A DNA stretch of 64,000 bases from Psammoneis japonica (taxonomy: Eukaryota), in assembly GCA_008632985.1 (NCBI GenBank), contig QPGO01000034.1, positions 139,311 through 203,310 of the forward strand. The letters run 5' to 3'. Each line of letters starts with the position of its first letter. The stretch's first letter is position 1. The translations under genes and the position numbers were made by a program. This document shows, piece after piece, positions 48,352 through 60,949 of the stretch. The notes below the pieces were generated by a model, which saw only the letters and a program-made list of their open reading frames with translations, was not told the origin of the DNA and made no database searches.

Positions 48352-50150
48352 TTATAGATATTATTCAATACCTTTCTCAGCTGGACAACAAGTCTCCAAT
48401 CAATGTTCTCGAGCTTGTTTTTGAAGTTGGCCTTGAGCGCATTGACTGATGCACGTGTCGGGGTCGAGTCGAGGCTGTGAGACGAATCAAATGGACGACA
48501 GTATTGAATATTGGGAATTCTTCATTGACAATCATGATGGCCACGGACGAACCCTTGCGAGCGGTCGCTCCTTGCTGTTGCTCTCAATGGAGGTCACTTT
48601 TCCAATGTGTAGTCCTCCCAAGCCTCGGATACACAATGTAGCACCAACTTTGAGAATACCTTCCGCAACTTCAACACCAACAATGATTGGATCCTTTTTG
48701 CTTAAAATGTGTAGAAGCAAATCTATATAATGCTGAGAAACACAGCGGCACTATTAGCTAAAAAGACAAATTAAGTGTGAGTTAATCAAGTACAGACCTG
48801 CAACTACTCGTACGCAGCAAAGCACGCGGATGCGACTTACGCTGCTGCCTCTCCGCTAGTTTGTCCATGAACCCGGTGAACTGATCAACAAGGTGGGGCC
48901 CTAGTAGATAATGTTCGTCACGAAGATTTGGATGCTCATCTCTTTGGCACATTCTCGGGCCTCTCGCTCCATCGTCACATCAAACGTGGCGTACTCGGGA
49001 CAGCCTTTTCCGTTCATAACGGAGACTATCGTCACGTCACGCTTGTGTACCACTCCAACTCCGATAAAACTGACGGCTATCATCGGGTTTGTTCCTTTGC
49101 TCGAGAACCGAAGGAGCACTTTGAGTGCACCCAAGGTTGACGCCTGGACCATTACTCCTTTTTCGTCTGTACTCAACTTGTCATCGAGCTCAATCAAATC
49201 AGACGTGACCTCCGCCTTGATATCTTCCTCTTCGCCATTTTCTCCAACAGTCTAAGAATCGAATGTAGCCAAGATAGTAGACCACAACCGACGAGTCCAA
49301 TGCACAGGACTATCGCCAGCGTACCATATCTTTATGATGCATGTAATCAGACTTGATCCTCATTTCTCGGCGTGGTGGTGGCAACGGCAAGCCTCGCATT
49401 TCAGTAACAATTGGACCATCCAGGGTACAAATCACCTCCCGTACTCGTAGGAGGGTGACCATTCAGCACCAGAGCATCTACAGTCATGCCTACACTTCCA
49501 AATCCGTACGCTGCAAGTTGCCGCACCACATGATTTTTCTTCCATGATTTTCTTCGATAGCTTGCGTTGAGCCATTCCACAAAGTAGCATCGAGACACCT
49601 TGAACTCCCTCTGTAGTCCACGTCACGGCGAGCGGGACAAAGTCAGAATTGGTCCAATCCTCGTCTCCCATTTCCCAGTACAAGTTTGAGTTACCGCCCT
49701 GTTCCTGCAGCTGAACCTTCGCTTCCGTAGAAATTTCTACAGAACACGTAGCATCTGTTCACCTTGTTCAATCCTACAACAAAAGGACAGTGTCGCTTAC
49801 TCTACATGGTGAGACTTTCGATTGTCTGCTGCTACAAACCATGCAGAAGATCGACAGCGAGAATAGCAAGGTCACAAGGGGAAGATCCGCGAGATCGAAG
49901 ATTGGTGAAGGACTCGTGGACTGGTGTATCAATCACAAGCATTCCCGGAAGTTTACTGTCAAACTTTACCGTTTCATTGAGATTGGCAGTTTGATGGCGT
50001 ATAAGAATCGATTGATAAAAGCATGTCGATCACATTCTCTGAGTGAAACTACCAGCTTATTCCGTTTTGCGCTTCATCGCGAGCTCCGGAGACAAGAAAG
50101 GAATATCGAAAAAGCACAACGGGAAAGCTGTGCCCACCATAATCCGAACA
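48352..50150 (-). pseudogene. EIF5B: Translation initiation factor eIF5B pseudogene
   Basis: Fragments [72 protein letters not shown] and DWRLVVQLRKV. Many stops, frameshifts and substituted conserved residues; an intron remnant at ~48750-48840. Confidence 0.85.
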
Positions 50151-51689
50151 ATGCCATTCTCGGTCTTTCGTCTCATTCTGGTGATGACTTGATGGGCGGC
50201 ATGCTGATGGCCGTACAAAATAAATGTCAACACGCAAAAAATGGCAAAGGCAGCGCGCACGAATTTCGCTTCAGTTTCATTCACAAGAAGTGACAGAAAA
50301 CTCTGTTGCAGACTTGATGGCTACCAAAACATGATCGTGTAGACACAAAAGAATCTTTTCTATTGACAAGAGTGCCATGGCGACAGACTCTATCTCCCAA
50401 CTCGCAACTATTGAGAAGCATTGTGCGCCCATGATGTATGATGTGTCGAACGAACGAACGGAGCGTCAAAAATAGCTGTCCGCCCATCATCGCAGGCAAA
50501 TTTTCAAAAACGCGTAGAAGTCTACATAACTTGTACCGCAAATTCTCCCTCCACAAAAGTTTCCTCAAGATGTCCCCTGTCATCAACTGCAGGAACCCAA
50601 CCACCACCAACTGACAATGGCCTAACCAACCGACATCCAGCTCGCAACTAACACTCCTACAGTATGCCTTTGGTGCAGCTGATGATTCATATCCGATCGA
50701 TATTGGGATGTTCTCCACCATGGCTGACGAGAAGACGGAACTCAAGGCAAACGCATGGAAGCCAAGCCCTGAAGGATACATCAAACACCTTAGAGGTTCA
50801 ACGTTTTGGGTGCTAAGCGTGACCCAATTCTCGCTAGTAGCTGCTTTCAAGGTTTAAAGAAAAATATTCTGGTACTCGAAACGACGTCCTTACCGACTGA
50901 TCAGCACGTTGCCGTTTGGACCTTGTGCGACGCTTGAGCTTCTTTCAAATACTTAACTAGTGTGGTCTCTGGATGGTGCATTGGGACTATCTAGTATACA
51001 GAACACCTGTAGCACTGTCAAGACTTTGCTACAATTTTAAAATTACCATCAGAACAACCGCTAGGGGCTCCATTTCACCTTCGCATCCTGTCCACAGGTG
51101 GAGCGAACATGTTTTGAAAGAAAGCTCGGACAGAGAACTTATTGATGTTCACTCCCCTTCTGCTTCCCTCAAGAACCGATAGAGAAAAGGCATCCCTGCG
51201 AGTTGTCCGCATGCTTGTGGCTGACTATACGGAGCAGACATGCTTGGAGGCTTGACTAGTTGGAAATGGAGACTATCACGTGATGCGCTTGACGTTTTGC
51301 AATGTCGATTTGTTGTTATCAATAGAGCGTAGTAGATCCAAAAGGACAGGTTCGATTGGCGAAATCGAGTGATGCCTAAGAAAAAAAGCCTACTCTCCAT
51401 AACCTTCCTTGAAGCTGTAACGTTCACTATCAAGCGCGGGCATGCAAGGACGAGGTTTTGCTTTGAGAAGTGATGACGGCCTCTGTGTTGTTGTACGTGA
51501 GACCAGAAAGTGATATGAGCTTGAAGCTTAGATTACTATTTAATCACGTCATTCGAAAGATAAGGATTGGTGAGAATAAACATTTCGAACGGCAACCACA
51601 GGCATAAAACGGGGCGTTGCCATGTTGGCTTGAACACTCGAATGACTCCTCCCAAGACTGCACGTCCGCTTGTCGGGGTCCCAATGAGA

Positions 51690-53400
51690 TCGCCCAATTG
51701 CAAACCAGAGTTCTTTGACAACGGCAACAACGACAGCAACCACAGCACAGCTGCAGTCTTTCTGGATCTGGACATAAAAATTGGAGAAGATTGGTGCATT
51801 GTCAGCGTGAACATGTCAAAAACCAGTGGACCTCTTTTTCTGCATGCCTCATTTAACAAGCATCATTCATGGCAACTTGTGATGAGATTCTGGATGCAAA
51901 ACTCTGACACCGACACACCATGATTTGCCAATGCTGCAGAAAAGTTTGTGATGTGCGTGCACACCACAACAACACGCTGGCTCAGCATGATGATTCTTCG
52001 ATGCGGCAGATTTGTGACAGCACACTCACAATCACGAAAGTCAAGCAATGCCCCAATCAAAACCCATCTTGACCAACCAGAAGGACAGCAGGTCTCACCA
52101 TGCATTGAGCTGCTGTCATTGGCCAATGGGGTGAAGTCTTTCACCGCCATGGCAGGTTGTCGATTTGCAAATTTGCAACCACACGCAGGATCCACGTGAA
52201 TCCTCACAACAGCACATGCTCTTGTTTTTCAAATTTTGGGGAAAGGGTGCACTGTTGTGAAGTGTGCAGAAAATTGCGCATGCAAAAAATGCACTGAAAA
52301 TGCCCCAGACCAACGGGCTGCGCAAATCTGGGAAACATGAAGAAAAACGAAGGTGGGTCATGTGCGTGCGTGAAGTGCAGCAGACTGCACACGTGCAAAG
52401 ACACACACATGTGAGTGAGGAGGACAAAGTCAAAACCAAGTTCAAATTGATGACAACCAAAAGGAAACCAAAAACCGTGCACAACAAAAAACAGATTTCG
52501 GCGGGTTCCAGTCCCAGGCGGGACTCCGTGTGATGTTGGGCACGCACAATTCTGCGCGCAAGCTCCGCAGCAAATTTGTGCTGCAACAAAAACATGAATG
52601 ATCGCCAACAGAAAAAGAGGCAATTTTACGAACGCATCTCCTCCTTCACACTTGCAGCACATCATCAACAGTTTGCCCGGGCACATTCTAGAGACATCAA
52701 AGAACACACCCAGCGCATTTTCATTCTCACAAATTTTGAAAACAGAAATCCTTTGGCTTCGCAAAACAGGGAGCATGAAACAATTTCCCAGAATGCATCA
52801 CGTAGAAATGCATGTGCGCGACACACGATGCGATCCAAAAAACTGTTGATGTCACAGTGCAGCAGCACGAGGTCCCACCTGCAGCTGGAGCACGTCTTTC
52901 AACCCCAACCAAATCAAACATTGATGAGACATCAGATGAAATGCACAAAACAGTTGCATTTTGTTGAGCACTTTTGCTGGCATTTTTAAATTCTGCCTGT
53001 TGACAATTTTGAGAATGCACATTAAAAAATGCACAAAGGAAAGTGGAGGCCGCCCGCTGCACCACTGCGGGGCCTCGCTCTGATGTTCACACCCCAGCCC
53101 ACACTGCTGCCACTTTGCTTGACCATCTCTCACACCTTCTCTTCTGCTCCTTGTCAGACTCCACCATGCCAATGCTCCCCCCCCCCAAACAACCATCTGC
53201 ATTGTTCGATGCCTTCTCATTTGCGACTGCCTTTCCCACATGGCTTGCTTTTTGCTTTGTTCTTGGTGGCTTGGGCAGCCACTTGGACAAGTCAGCCAAC
53301 CATCCACTGCTCCCTCCCAGTGGGGCATTCAGAGCATGAGCTGTGTTGTAACCTGAAACTCGACGAATCACTTGCTTCACCCCCTCATCCAAACCGTGCA
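51690..53400. repeat. TpA-depleted decayed repeat island, family unassigned
   Basis: TA is rare and mostly ttaa/ctag, while CG is partly retained. Only spurious Cys/His-rich ORFs. Confidence 0.65.
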
Positions 53401-53594
53401 TGCATGGCGGTGCGCGCCCGCGCAGCGCGCACCCCCCTCACAGTCTGCTATTCCATCCGGCGTATGATACCCCGCCTTGCGTTTTGCGTCGACCGACTCG
53501 ACCGATCTTTATTTATTTTTTTTTTGACGAAGTTACACCGACATACCGGTACAAGAGGCCATGGCCCATACGTACGCATCCAGCCAACTCCACC

Positions 53595-54584
53595 ATGACT
53601 GCCATCAAGCGCTCTTCCAACGCAGCATCGGAGTCTGATCAGGCGCAAAGTGGAGGAAGTACTGCAGGTCCCGGAGTAGCTAAAGACGACGGTGCAACAG
53701 TCAGCGGCAATAATGCTAGCGCGTCGACAAGATTGGAGAAAACCACAGTTTGCCTTCCCATTGTTTATGGATCGGTCGCATTCTTCTTGGGGAAAAAGGC
53801 AGACGAGTACCACACTCATCGATGGACACTTTATCTTCGTGGTCCCAATAATGAAGATTTGTCTGTATCAGTTGCGAAAGTCGTGTTTCAGTTGCATCCC
53901 TCATTTTCTCAACCGGTGCGTGAGCTGACTTCACCGCCTTTTGAAGTCACGGAAACGGGATGGGGAGAATTTGAAGCGCAGATACGTATTCTTTGGAAAG
54001 ATCAAACAGAAAAAGCGACGCTTGTAAGAATATGAACTTGTCGGACCCATGTGACGGTATCTTTCAGAGCACCGTGATGCATCCTTTCTGATTATGCCTC
54101 ATCACATTCGTTTTCTGCGCTTTCTCTTAAAAATCAATAGTTGACTCACGGCATCAAATTATATCCACCAGGAGTACCTCAAGCTCCGCCAACTGACACG
54201 ACCGAGCCAGTTGTCGACGAAGTCTATGACGAGGTTGTATTCACGGATCCAAACGAACCTTTTTACAGACAGCTGATGCGAACGTCCATTGCGCCTCACG
54301 TTCAAAGCGCCAATCCAAATGTGCAGGCTTTGTTCAAAAGTTACAGTGACGATGATGACTTTCAAAAACTTACTGAGGCTCAGAACTTCTTATCCAAGGA
54401 ATTGAGAAACGTGAAGGAACGAATGAAGCTTGCAACGGATGAATTCAATCAAGTAGAGGACGCGCTCCGACAAGCACAAGAAGCAAAGAAGGCAGCTGCT
54501 TCGTCGTCGTCAAGTCGGTCAGGGAAGTCTAAATCGTCGTCTTCTGGGGGTAACATATCGAAAAAGGCAAAGACCAAGTCCTAA
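53595..54584 (+). CDS. YAF9: YEATS-domain protein Yaf9/GAS41 (YEATS4); intron 54024-54140
   Basis: Motifs PIVYGSVA, HTHRWTLYLRG, KVVFQLHPSF, PPFEVTETGWGEFE, HGIKLYP and YDEVVFTDP, with a C-terminal coiled coil. Confidence 0.92.
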
Positions 54585-54906
54585 GGGTTGGAGGGCATTT
54601 TATTCAGCAGTGTACGAGTGAGTCGTCGCTGAAGCGCGGCAAACATTACTCACGGCAGTAGGACCGCGTCCCTTTCTTGTGAGCGAGGTTTGAGCTAGCC
54701 TGTAAATGTATCAGAGAAGACAAAGACCAAAGCATAGTTTCTTGGAGGATAGTATAATGCTGCTAGTTCGTGGGACACACTTTCCATGTATTAGGACTTC
54801 GCAGAGGACTGCAACAATATAAGAGACAATTCCGTTTTTTATGAAGAAAGACAACATCACGTTCTCGTGAACAAGGCTGGGGCCTGTGGTTCGGACGCTT
54901 CATGGG

Positions 54907-55511
54907 TTATCGGAACCATGGCATACCTGCAAGGTACGCATCCAGTTTTTGTTCGAAGTTGGTGGTGGAAACATCAAAACTATCAGATGCCTTGTACAGA
55001 GGTGACCGAACGACGGAATCAACCCAAATTTCGGTATATATGTGGCTTAAGGCTTTGTGGATTGCGTCTCCCTCCTGACGCGATTGACTTTTGGAATTAG
55101 ACGTGAACAAGGCGAATCGTAACCCATTTGCGGTTTCAAAATTGTGCAACGTACTGGCCCCAGTCCTTACGGAATGAAGACCTGAAAAAAGAAGCGAATC
55201 GATGATAGAAATCAGTAAGGATGATGCAGATGATATGCAGTGTCAGCGATCTTCTGCGTCTTGAGCATGCCATGTTTAGCATCTTCTTGTCAACCCGTAC
55301 CTGCGTTTTTTCGGACTTCTGTTTCCGGTGTCATACTGCCGACCAATTCACGCAGTGAAAAGAGCATACCAAACACGAGCTTCCGTTGCTCAGAAAGCTG
55401 TTCCTCGTCCTCAGCCGACGCGCCACTCGCTTTGGATGAAGCAGCCCCGTATCGCTTGGTAAAAAGCGTCTTGCCTCTTCGATCAAACACGAGAAACGAA
55501 TGGACCGCCAT
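54907..55511 (-). CDS. BET5: TRAPP complex subunit 1 (Bet5, sybindin family); intron ~55182-55300
   Basis: Motifs HSFLVFDRRGKTLF, EQRKLVFGMLFSLR, LHNFETANGLRFAL and HIYTEIWVDSVVRSPLY. Confidence 0.9.
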
Positions 55512-55799
55512 AATTGACAATTTTTTTCTCTCACGAATAACTCCCAACAATACACACTCTTGGTTTTCTAGGATGCCGAAGATTAAGAAGTTTCGATATA
55601 TTCAGTAAGCAGCAATTCAGCGTCCGTTCACTCCCAATTGGCTGGGAGGTCAGAATTGGATATATGGCGGATGCGCTGGCGGTACGATTTTTTGAAAAAA
55701 AGACGGCACCCCCGAACGCGATGCCCACCGCATGATCGTTGCCACTACACAATCGCCATCTTCTTGGGTGAGGCCGGGGGCGGCCGGGGCACGGGCCAC

Positions 55800-57380
55800 C
55801 CTGTTCATGGGGACATCTTGTCAGTGTCTCGGGGTGTGTGTGTTGCCGCACGACGTTGATGATTCTGTGCCTCGCTGTCTGTCTGTGTCTCACAATGTTG
55901 TCACAAAACCAAAAAGATTGTCATGAACATGTCGACATCTCAAGTTTATGCCAAGTTTTTCGACATGTTTGGGCACAGGCGTGTTTCCTGGCTCTCTGTT
56001 TGCAAGTCACAAGCTGAGTCACATCTGTGGCAAGCACAGTCTCATGTCCACTTTGGAGAGTTTCGTGGGGAGCCCTTCTTTTGAAAGGGAGAGGGAGTGA
56101 AGGTCGGAGTGCACAACAAGGTTTGTGTGGGGCCAGTTGCAGCACATGTTTGTTGCTTGCAATCCACAAGTGAATCTGCTCACAACTGCATCTTTAGAGT
56201 GTTTTCATTGTCAGCACAATGTCTTCCAGCCTCTGTGATGTTTTGGGCAACAACCGCCCTCAACAAAGGCGCAAAGAGAAGCAAGCAACTTGCATGGCTG
56301 TGTCGTGCATGTGTGTGCTGCACTCTTGCTGGCTTGCAACCCAATGGCTAGTTAGCACCACTCTGGTGGGCATTAAAGCATCTCTCAAAATGTCCCTGCA
56401 ACAACCTGTGGCATCACAGTCTTTTTCATGATCTTTTGGCTGGTGTGTCGTGGCCCACAGCAGTTTGTGAAATGCCCGTGTTTGGCACCCTCACCCTCAC
56501 AGCTGCAGCCAGAGTGGGGGCTGATCTGGCCACATGTTGAGGCAGTTTGCAAAGACCTGCCTGCTGCCAGCACTTCTGCTGCATCAAGAACAAGAATGGG
56601 AAAGTCGCTCATTCATCTTTTTCATCCTTCCCCACAACTTTGGTGCTGTTGAAGAAGACCAGGAGAGTGAGTGCAAGACCTGGCATGATTTTGCTACCAC
56701 AGGCAATGATGCCTGAGATGCCTGCAAGATGGATGAAATTAAATTGTCCTGAGTCCTGCTTGAATCATGAAGTTGACGGAGAAGTGTTTCATCTGAGGAT
56801 CCAGGTCAACCAGGCCACATGACCAACTTCAAGGATCCACCAGGATCAACCCCATTTGTGATGTCACTGGAAGCTTGCAATGCCAGTGCTCATTGGTGGA
56901 TGTGGTGAAGTCTCCACAAAATTAGAACAGAAAGCTCAACTGGAATTTCCAGTGGCAGCAGCACTGGAACCTGGTGGCAAATGCAAGCCAGATCTGAGTG
57001 GTGGCCACGAGGAATCCACAAAGTGGTTTTCTTCTGTGTTTCTACAGCAATTCATAATTTTGCAACCACGTTCTCTCACTGTAAGGCACATTGATTGGTT
57101 CCATGCTGTCAATGTCCTGCAGATAATGTGGAATCTTCAGCATCATCCAACAGGTCATTGTCTGCTGTGCCGGTCCTTGTCTTCTTCTTCGTCACTCATT
57201 GGCTGTTCCATTGGTTCATGTGTTGATCCCACGTTGGGTGCATCTGTTCTGGAAGCATCCGTCTGGTGGCTAAGGCAAATCGATGTGGAGTGAAATGCCT
57301 GATACATGAGCAGGCGATTGCGCATACATTAACTTGTGCGGTGCACAAAGACATTCGTGAAGGGCACTGAATGTTTCACC
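55800..57380. repeat. TpA/CpG-depleted decayed repeat island, family unassigned
   Basis: Same compositional signature, lying between BET5 and the TruA gene. Confidence 0.65.
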
Positions 57381-57504
57381 TTGCGTTGCACCCAAAATGA
57401 TTTAGACGGCGAGCCGAGCAAAACGACGCGGATATGTAGACACCGCGAGCAAACAGAAGCAGCGTTACGCAGTGCAAGAGCATTCAAATGTTACAACTAC
57501 TTGA

Positions 57505-58800
57505 TCAAATCCAATCGATACAGTCTAGATATTCTACGTCCCGGAGAACTAAACCGTGTGGCGGAGCACAAACGAATTCCAATCGACTACTTCCATCTGG
57601 TGAAGTCCAAGATCCAGTTTCCAAAGCTCTTTTAAACTGGGCGACCGAAATCTTGTGAAGGCCAGATGAAACAATTGCGCCGACCAAGAAGCGAACCATC
57701 TTATAAAGGAAACGGTCAGCAGTCACAGTGATGGAGTATGCACTAGTAAGACCGTTTTCCCCATTCTCGTACACACTGCCCATTTCGCATTCGACCTCTT
57801 CAACATCTAATTCTGTTACGTTACACCATGTGCTCTCAATTTCTTGTCGTCGCCTGTCATCTCTACCTCGTGGTGCACCGCGAAATGCTCGAAAATCGTG
57901 GTTTCCCACGAGCAGCCGCCCTACCTCTCTTGCTCTTTCTATGTCAAACTCACTGACACGTGGCAGATGCCACGCATATCGCCATCTCTGAGGATTGTGA
58001 ATAAGTCCAACAGAAAAGGTGTACCGATAGGTCTTTTTGACCGAGTCTAGTGTTGGATGAAAAGGAGGACCACTTGTTTTGGATGGAGACGGAGCGATAT
58101 AGCGGACTCTGACGTCGTCGGGAAGCATTCTGTTCAGGCAGTGCGACATTTTCTTCAAATCGAATGGAACAGGCTCGAAAAAAGTTCGATCCGTTGAGTT
58201 GCTCGGGTGTGGCATGCGCTTGCCGGGAATGGATGACTCGATTGGAACATCTATGGGAAGGGGCAATCCATTTCTACATCCATTCCATTCCTTCCTCTCC
58301 ACCTTCATTGCCTCATATGTCTCTTCCGATAGACAATAAAACTGAGCAATTAAACTTTGGGCGTGGACACCTTTATCTGTGCGACTGCATGCCTCAATTT
58401 GAATTCTGTCCGGGTGGACGTCCCCGTACAGCTTAGCCAAATGTTTTCGAAAGAGGCCTTCTACTCCACGTACAAAACCGTGCTTTTTTCTTTTTCGACG
58501 GGAGCGTTTTGTTATATGCTGACCAGGTATTGCAATATCAGGGCTTGTTTCATTCTCCTCAGAATTTGATGAGCTCCAACCTGTGAATCGACCCCCGTCA
58601 TAAGTTATGTTTAGGAGGGCGCTCGTCAACACGCCCGTTGAGGAGGAGGAATCAGCATCCGTCTTCAGTGAAACAGCAATTTCCTCATTTCGTGCGACAT
58701 GTCGGTGGCTCTGAGGTCGGGTCGAGCCGAATCGGGCAATCCAACAAACCGAGTTCCCACAAAACAACGTCAGAAGTACAAAAACCCTCAGAAAATTCAT
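57505..58800 (-). CDS. truA: tRNA pseudouridine synthase, TruA family, probably plastid-targeted
   Basis: Motifs ITYDGGRFTGW, CSRTDKGVHA, LNRMLPDDVRV, KTYRY, VGNHDFRAF, FLYKMVRFLVG and APPHGLVL. Signal peptide followed by an aromatic residue (SVC-W). Confidence 0.9.
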   Translation of the reverse strand: MNFLRVFVLLTLFCGNSVCWIARFGSTRPQSHRHVARNEEIAVSLKTDADSSSSTGVLTSALLNITYDGGRFTGWSSSNSEENETSPDIAIPGQHITKRSRRKRKKHGFVRGVEGLFRKHLAKLYGDVHPDRIQIEACSRTDKGVHAQSLIAQFYCLSEETYEAMKVERKEWNGCRNGLPLPIDVPIESSIPGKRMPHPSNSTDRTFFEPVPFDLKKMSHCLNRMLPDDVRVRYIAPSPSKTSGPPFHPTLDSVKKTYRYTFSVGLIHNPQRWRYAWHLPRVSEFDIERAREVGRLLVGNHDFRAFRGAPRGRDDRRRQEIESTWCNVTELDVEEVECEMGSVYENGENGLTSAYSITVTADRFLYKMVRFLVGAIVSSGLHKISVAQFKRALETGSWTSPDGSSRLEFVCAPPHGLVLRDVEYLDCIDWI

Positions 58801-59373
58801 TGTCGGACGTGCTCATGTTGCCAACGTCGGCGGTGGGCAGTCGGCAGTCGGCAAAGTCGGCAACAGCACAAAACAAGAAAAGCAACGCAACAGCGCAGCG
58901 CGAGCAATCCCAAATCGCACATCCCTTTTTCGTGGCGGGTCAAAAATTGCAATTTTGGACCCAATTGGGTTCAAAATCCAAATTTAAAACCAAGTTGGTT
59001 AAAATTGAAAGTTTGCACCCGAAAAAGGACATCTGAGCGACATAGTGTCCGCCTATCTGTCCTGTATCGATCATTTTGACACTTTCAAGTTGCTGTTCTG
59101 CAAGAAAATAGCATAAAAACTTTCTTACTTTTGGAGAATCTTTCGTTTTTATCTATTTTTCATTTTTCAAAATAAAAGAAAAAGTCTGTGGGGTACCGGT
59201 AAGGGGGGCGTGGGATGGAGGATGGAGGACACACAACGCACAGTGGCTGCACTCGCATGTGGGAAACATTTGCCCGAGTTCATCCTCCTCCGCAACAGCA
59301 AACTCTTTACAGTCGTATCGACCACCAGCATTCTCCAAGTCAAACGGAATCGTATCCTCGTACCGCACTCACC

Positions 59374-60688
59374 ATGGTAAGTTTCATGCGAGAAACCAAT
59401 GCGCATGTGCCCTCGCGGTTGCAAAACACGATCTAAATGCGACTTTTTCTGCTTGCTGCATACCGGTAAGTCTTTCTTTGGATTTGGTGGCGGGGGCGTC
59501 AAAGTAAGCATTACGCTGAAAGCAGATCCAAGTCATCCTGGGGTAGTACCTTTGGATCACCACCCGAGTTGGAAACTACGCAGGAATCCGTTTTGGCGTC
59601 TGAAACATCCGCATGTTTCACAGCTGGTGGCTCCTGATACGTCCACGGGGATCGCTGAGTCGAGCACGAGCACTGAGGAGGTGATGGCTTTGACTAGTCC
59701 ATTGGCTATGGATCGCCATAGTGTCAAAACCCAGGTGTATGCTTATGAAGCTCAAGAAGATGTGGCGGGCGTTGTTACGTTGACACTACCGCCAGGGAAG
59801 AAAGTGGATCATCTCGGCATAAAAATTCAGTTTATTGGCCGAATTGATATGGTACGTCTAATGCAATTTTCTTCTTCTCTTCCTTGATCTATTTCCCTCT
59901 TTCTCAGCCGTGTCGCGTTGTTCACAAATAATTTTTGCTAGGGACACGGCGTGCATGAAGGTCCACCGCACTACGACTTCATTAGCCTCTCGAAGGAACT
60001 GGCTCCTCCTGGTACCCTTTACAATTCGACTACAGAAATCCCATTTGTGTTCAAAAACATGGACAAGGAACATGAGAGTTACAGTGGAAGGAATGTGTCG
60101 GTGAGGTACTACGTACGGTTTGTCATGGAACGCAAGTTTCTGCCACCTGTAGCCGAGGAGGAGGATGTCATTGTTCAGATTTGCGGCGCGGAACCCACTG
60201 AAGATGAACCCATCAAGATGGAGGTTGGAATCGAAGACTGTTTGCATATAGAATTCGAGTACGATCGTCGCCATTATCACTTGCAGGACTTAATTCGTGG
60301 AAAGATACATTTTCTTCTAGTCAAGATCAAAATCAAGCACATGGAGCTCGCCGTCCTCAGGAGGGAAACAAGTGGAGAAGGCGTTGCCGCTGCTGCTGCC
60401 GCTGCCTCCTCAGCGACTACCAACACATCACAAGCGGCCGCGAATATCTTCACCGAAACGCAAACACTTGTCAAGTACGAAATCATGGATGGAGCTCCCG
60501 TCAAGGGGGAAGTTATTCCGGTTCGCTTATCTTTGCGAGGTATACCGGCAGATTTGACACCGACCTACACTGCAGTAAACAACAGATTCTCTGTTCGCTA
60601 CTTTTTGAACCTTGTTTTGATTGATGAAGAGGATCGCCGATATTTCAAACAACAGGAAATTATTTTGTGGAGGAAGGAGCTTGGCTAA
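59374..60688 (+). CDS. VPS26: Retromer subunit VPS26; coding exons 59374-59376, 59471-59851 and 59942-60688
   Basis: Motifs GKKVDHLGIKIQFIGRI, ESYSGRNVSVRY, IKMEVGIEDCLHIEFEY, KYEIMDGAPVKGE and FSVRYFLNLVLIDEEDRRYFKQQEI. GT-AG introns keep frame. Confidence 0.95.
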
Positions 60689-60949
60689 AGCATCTTTGAG
60701 TTTCAAAGCAGGAAGCCTTCTTATACCACTTCAGTAAAGTTTGTCTTTTATTAACAGCATCGTACCGGTGTGCGGTAATTTTCCAATTTAGGGGACATGA
60801 TCGTTATCGAGTGGAAACTCGATTACTGGTCCTCATCACTTTGTCGACTGCCGGTACGGGCGCTCTAGTTCGATTGTCAAGTAAAGTACACTCCAGGAAC
60901 AAAGCTCCACGATACGCGAGTTTTGACCATCTTTCTACGGGGACATACC

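Noticed and set aside
50281..51500. Short ORFs between the eIF5B pseudogene and the next island as genes
   Set aside because: No recognisable motifs or consistent exon structure.
56830..56860. GVDPG on the minus strand as a TnpB/Fanzor RuvC motif
   Set aside because: It is an isolated 5-residue match in decayed sequence with no convincing downstream RuvC-II, zinc finger or RuvC-III.
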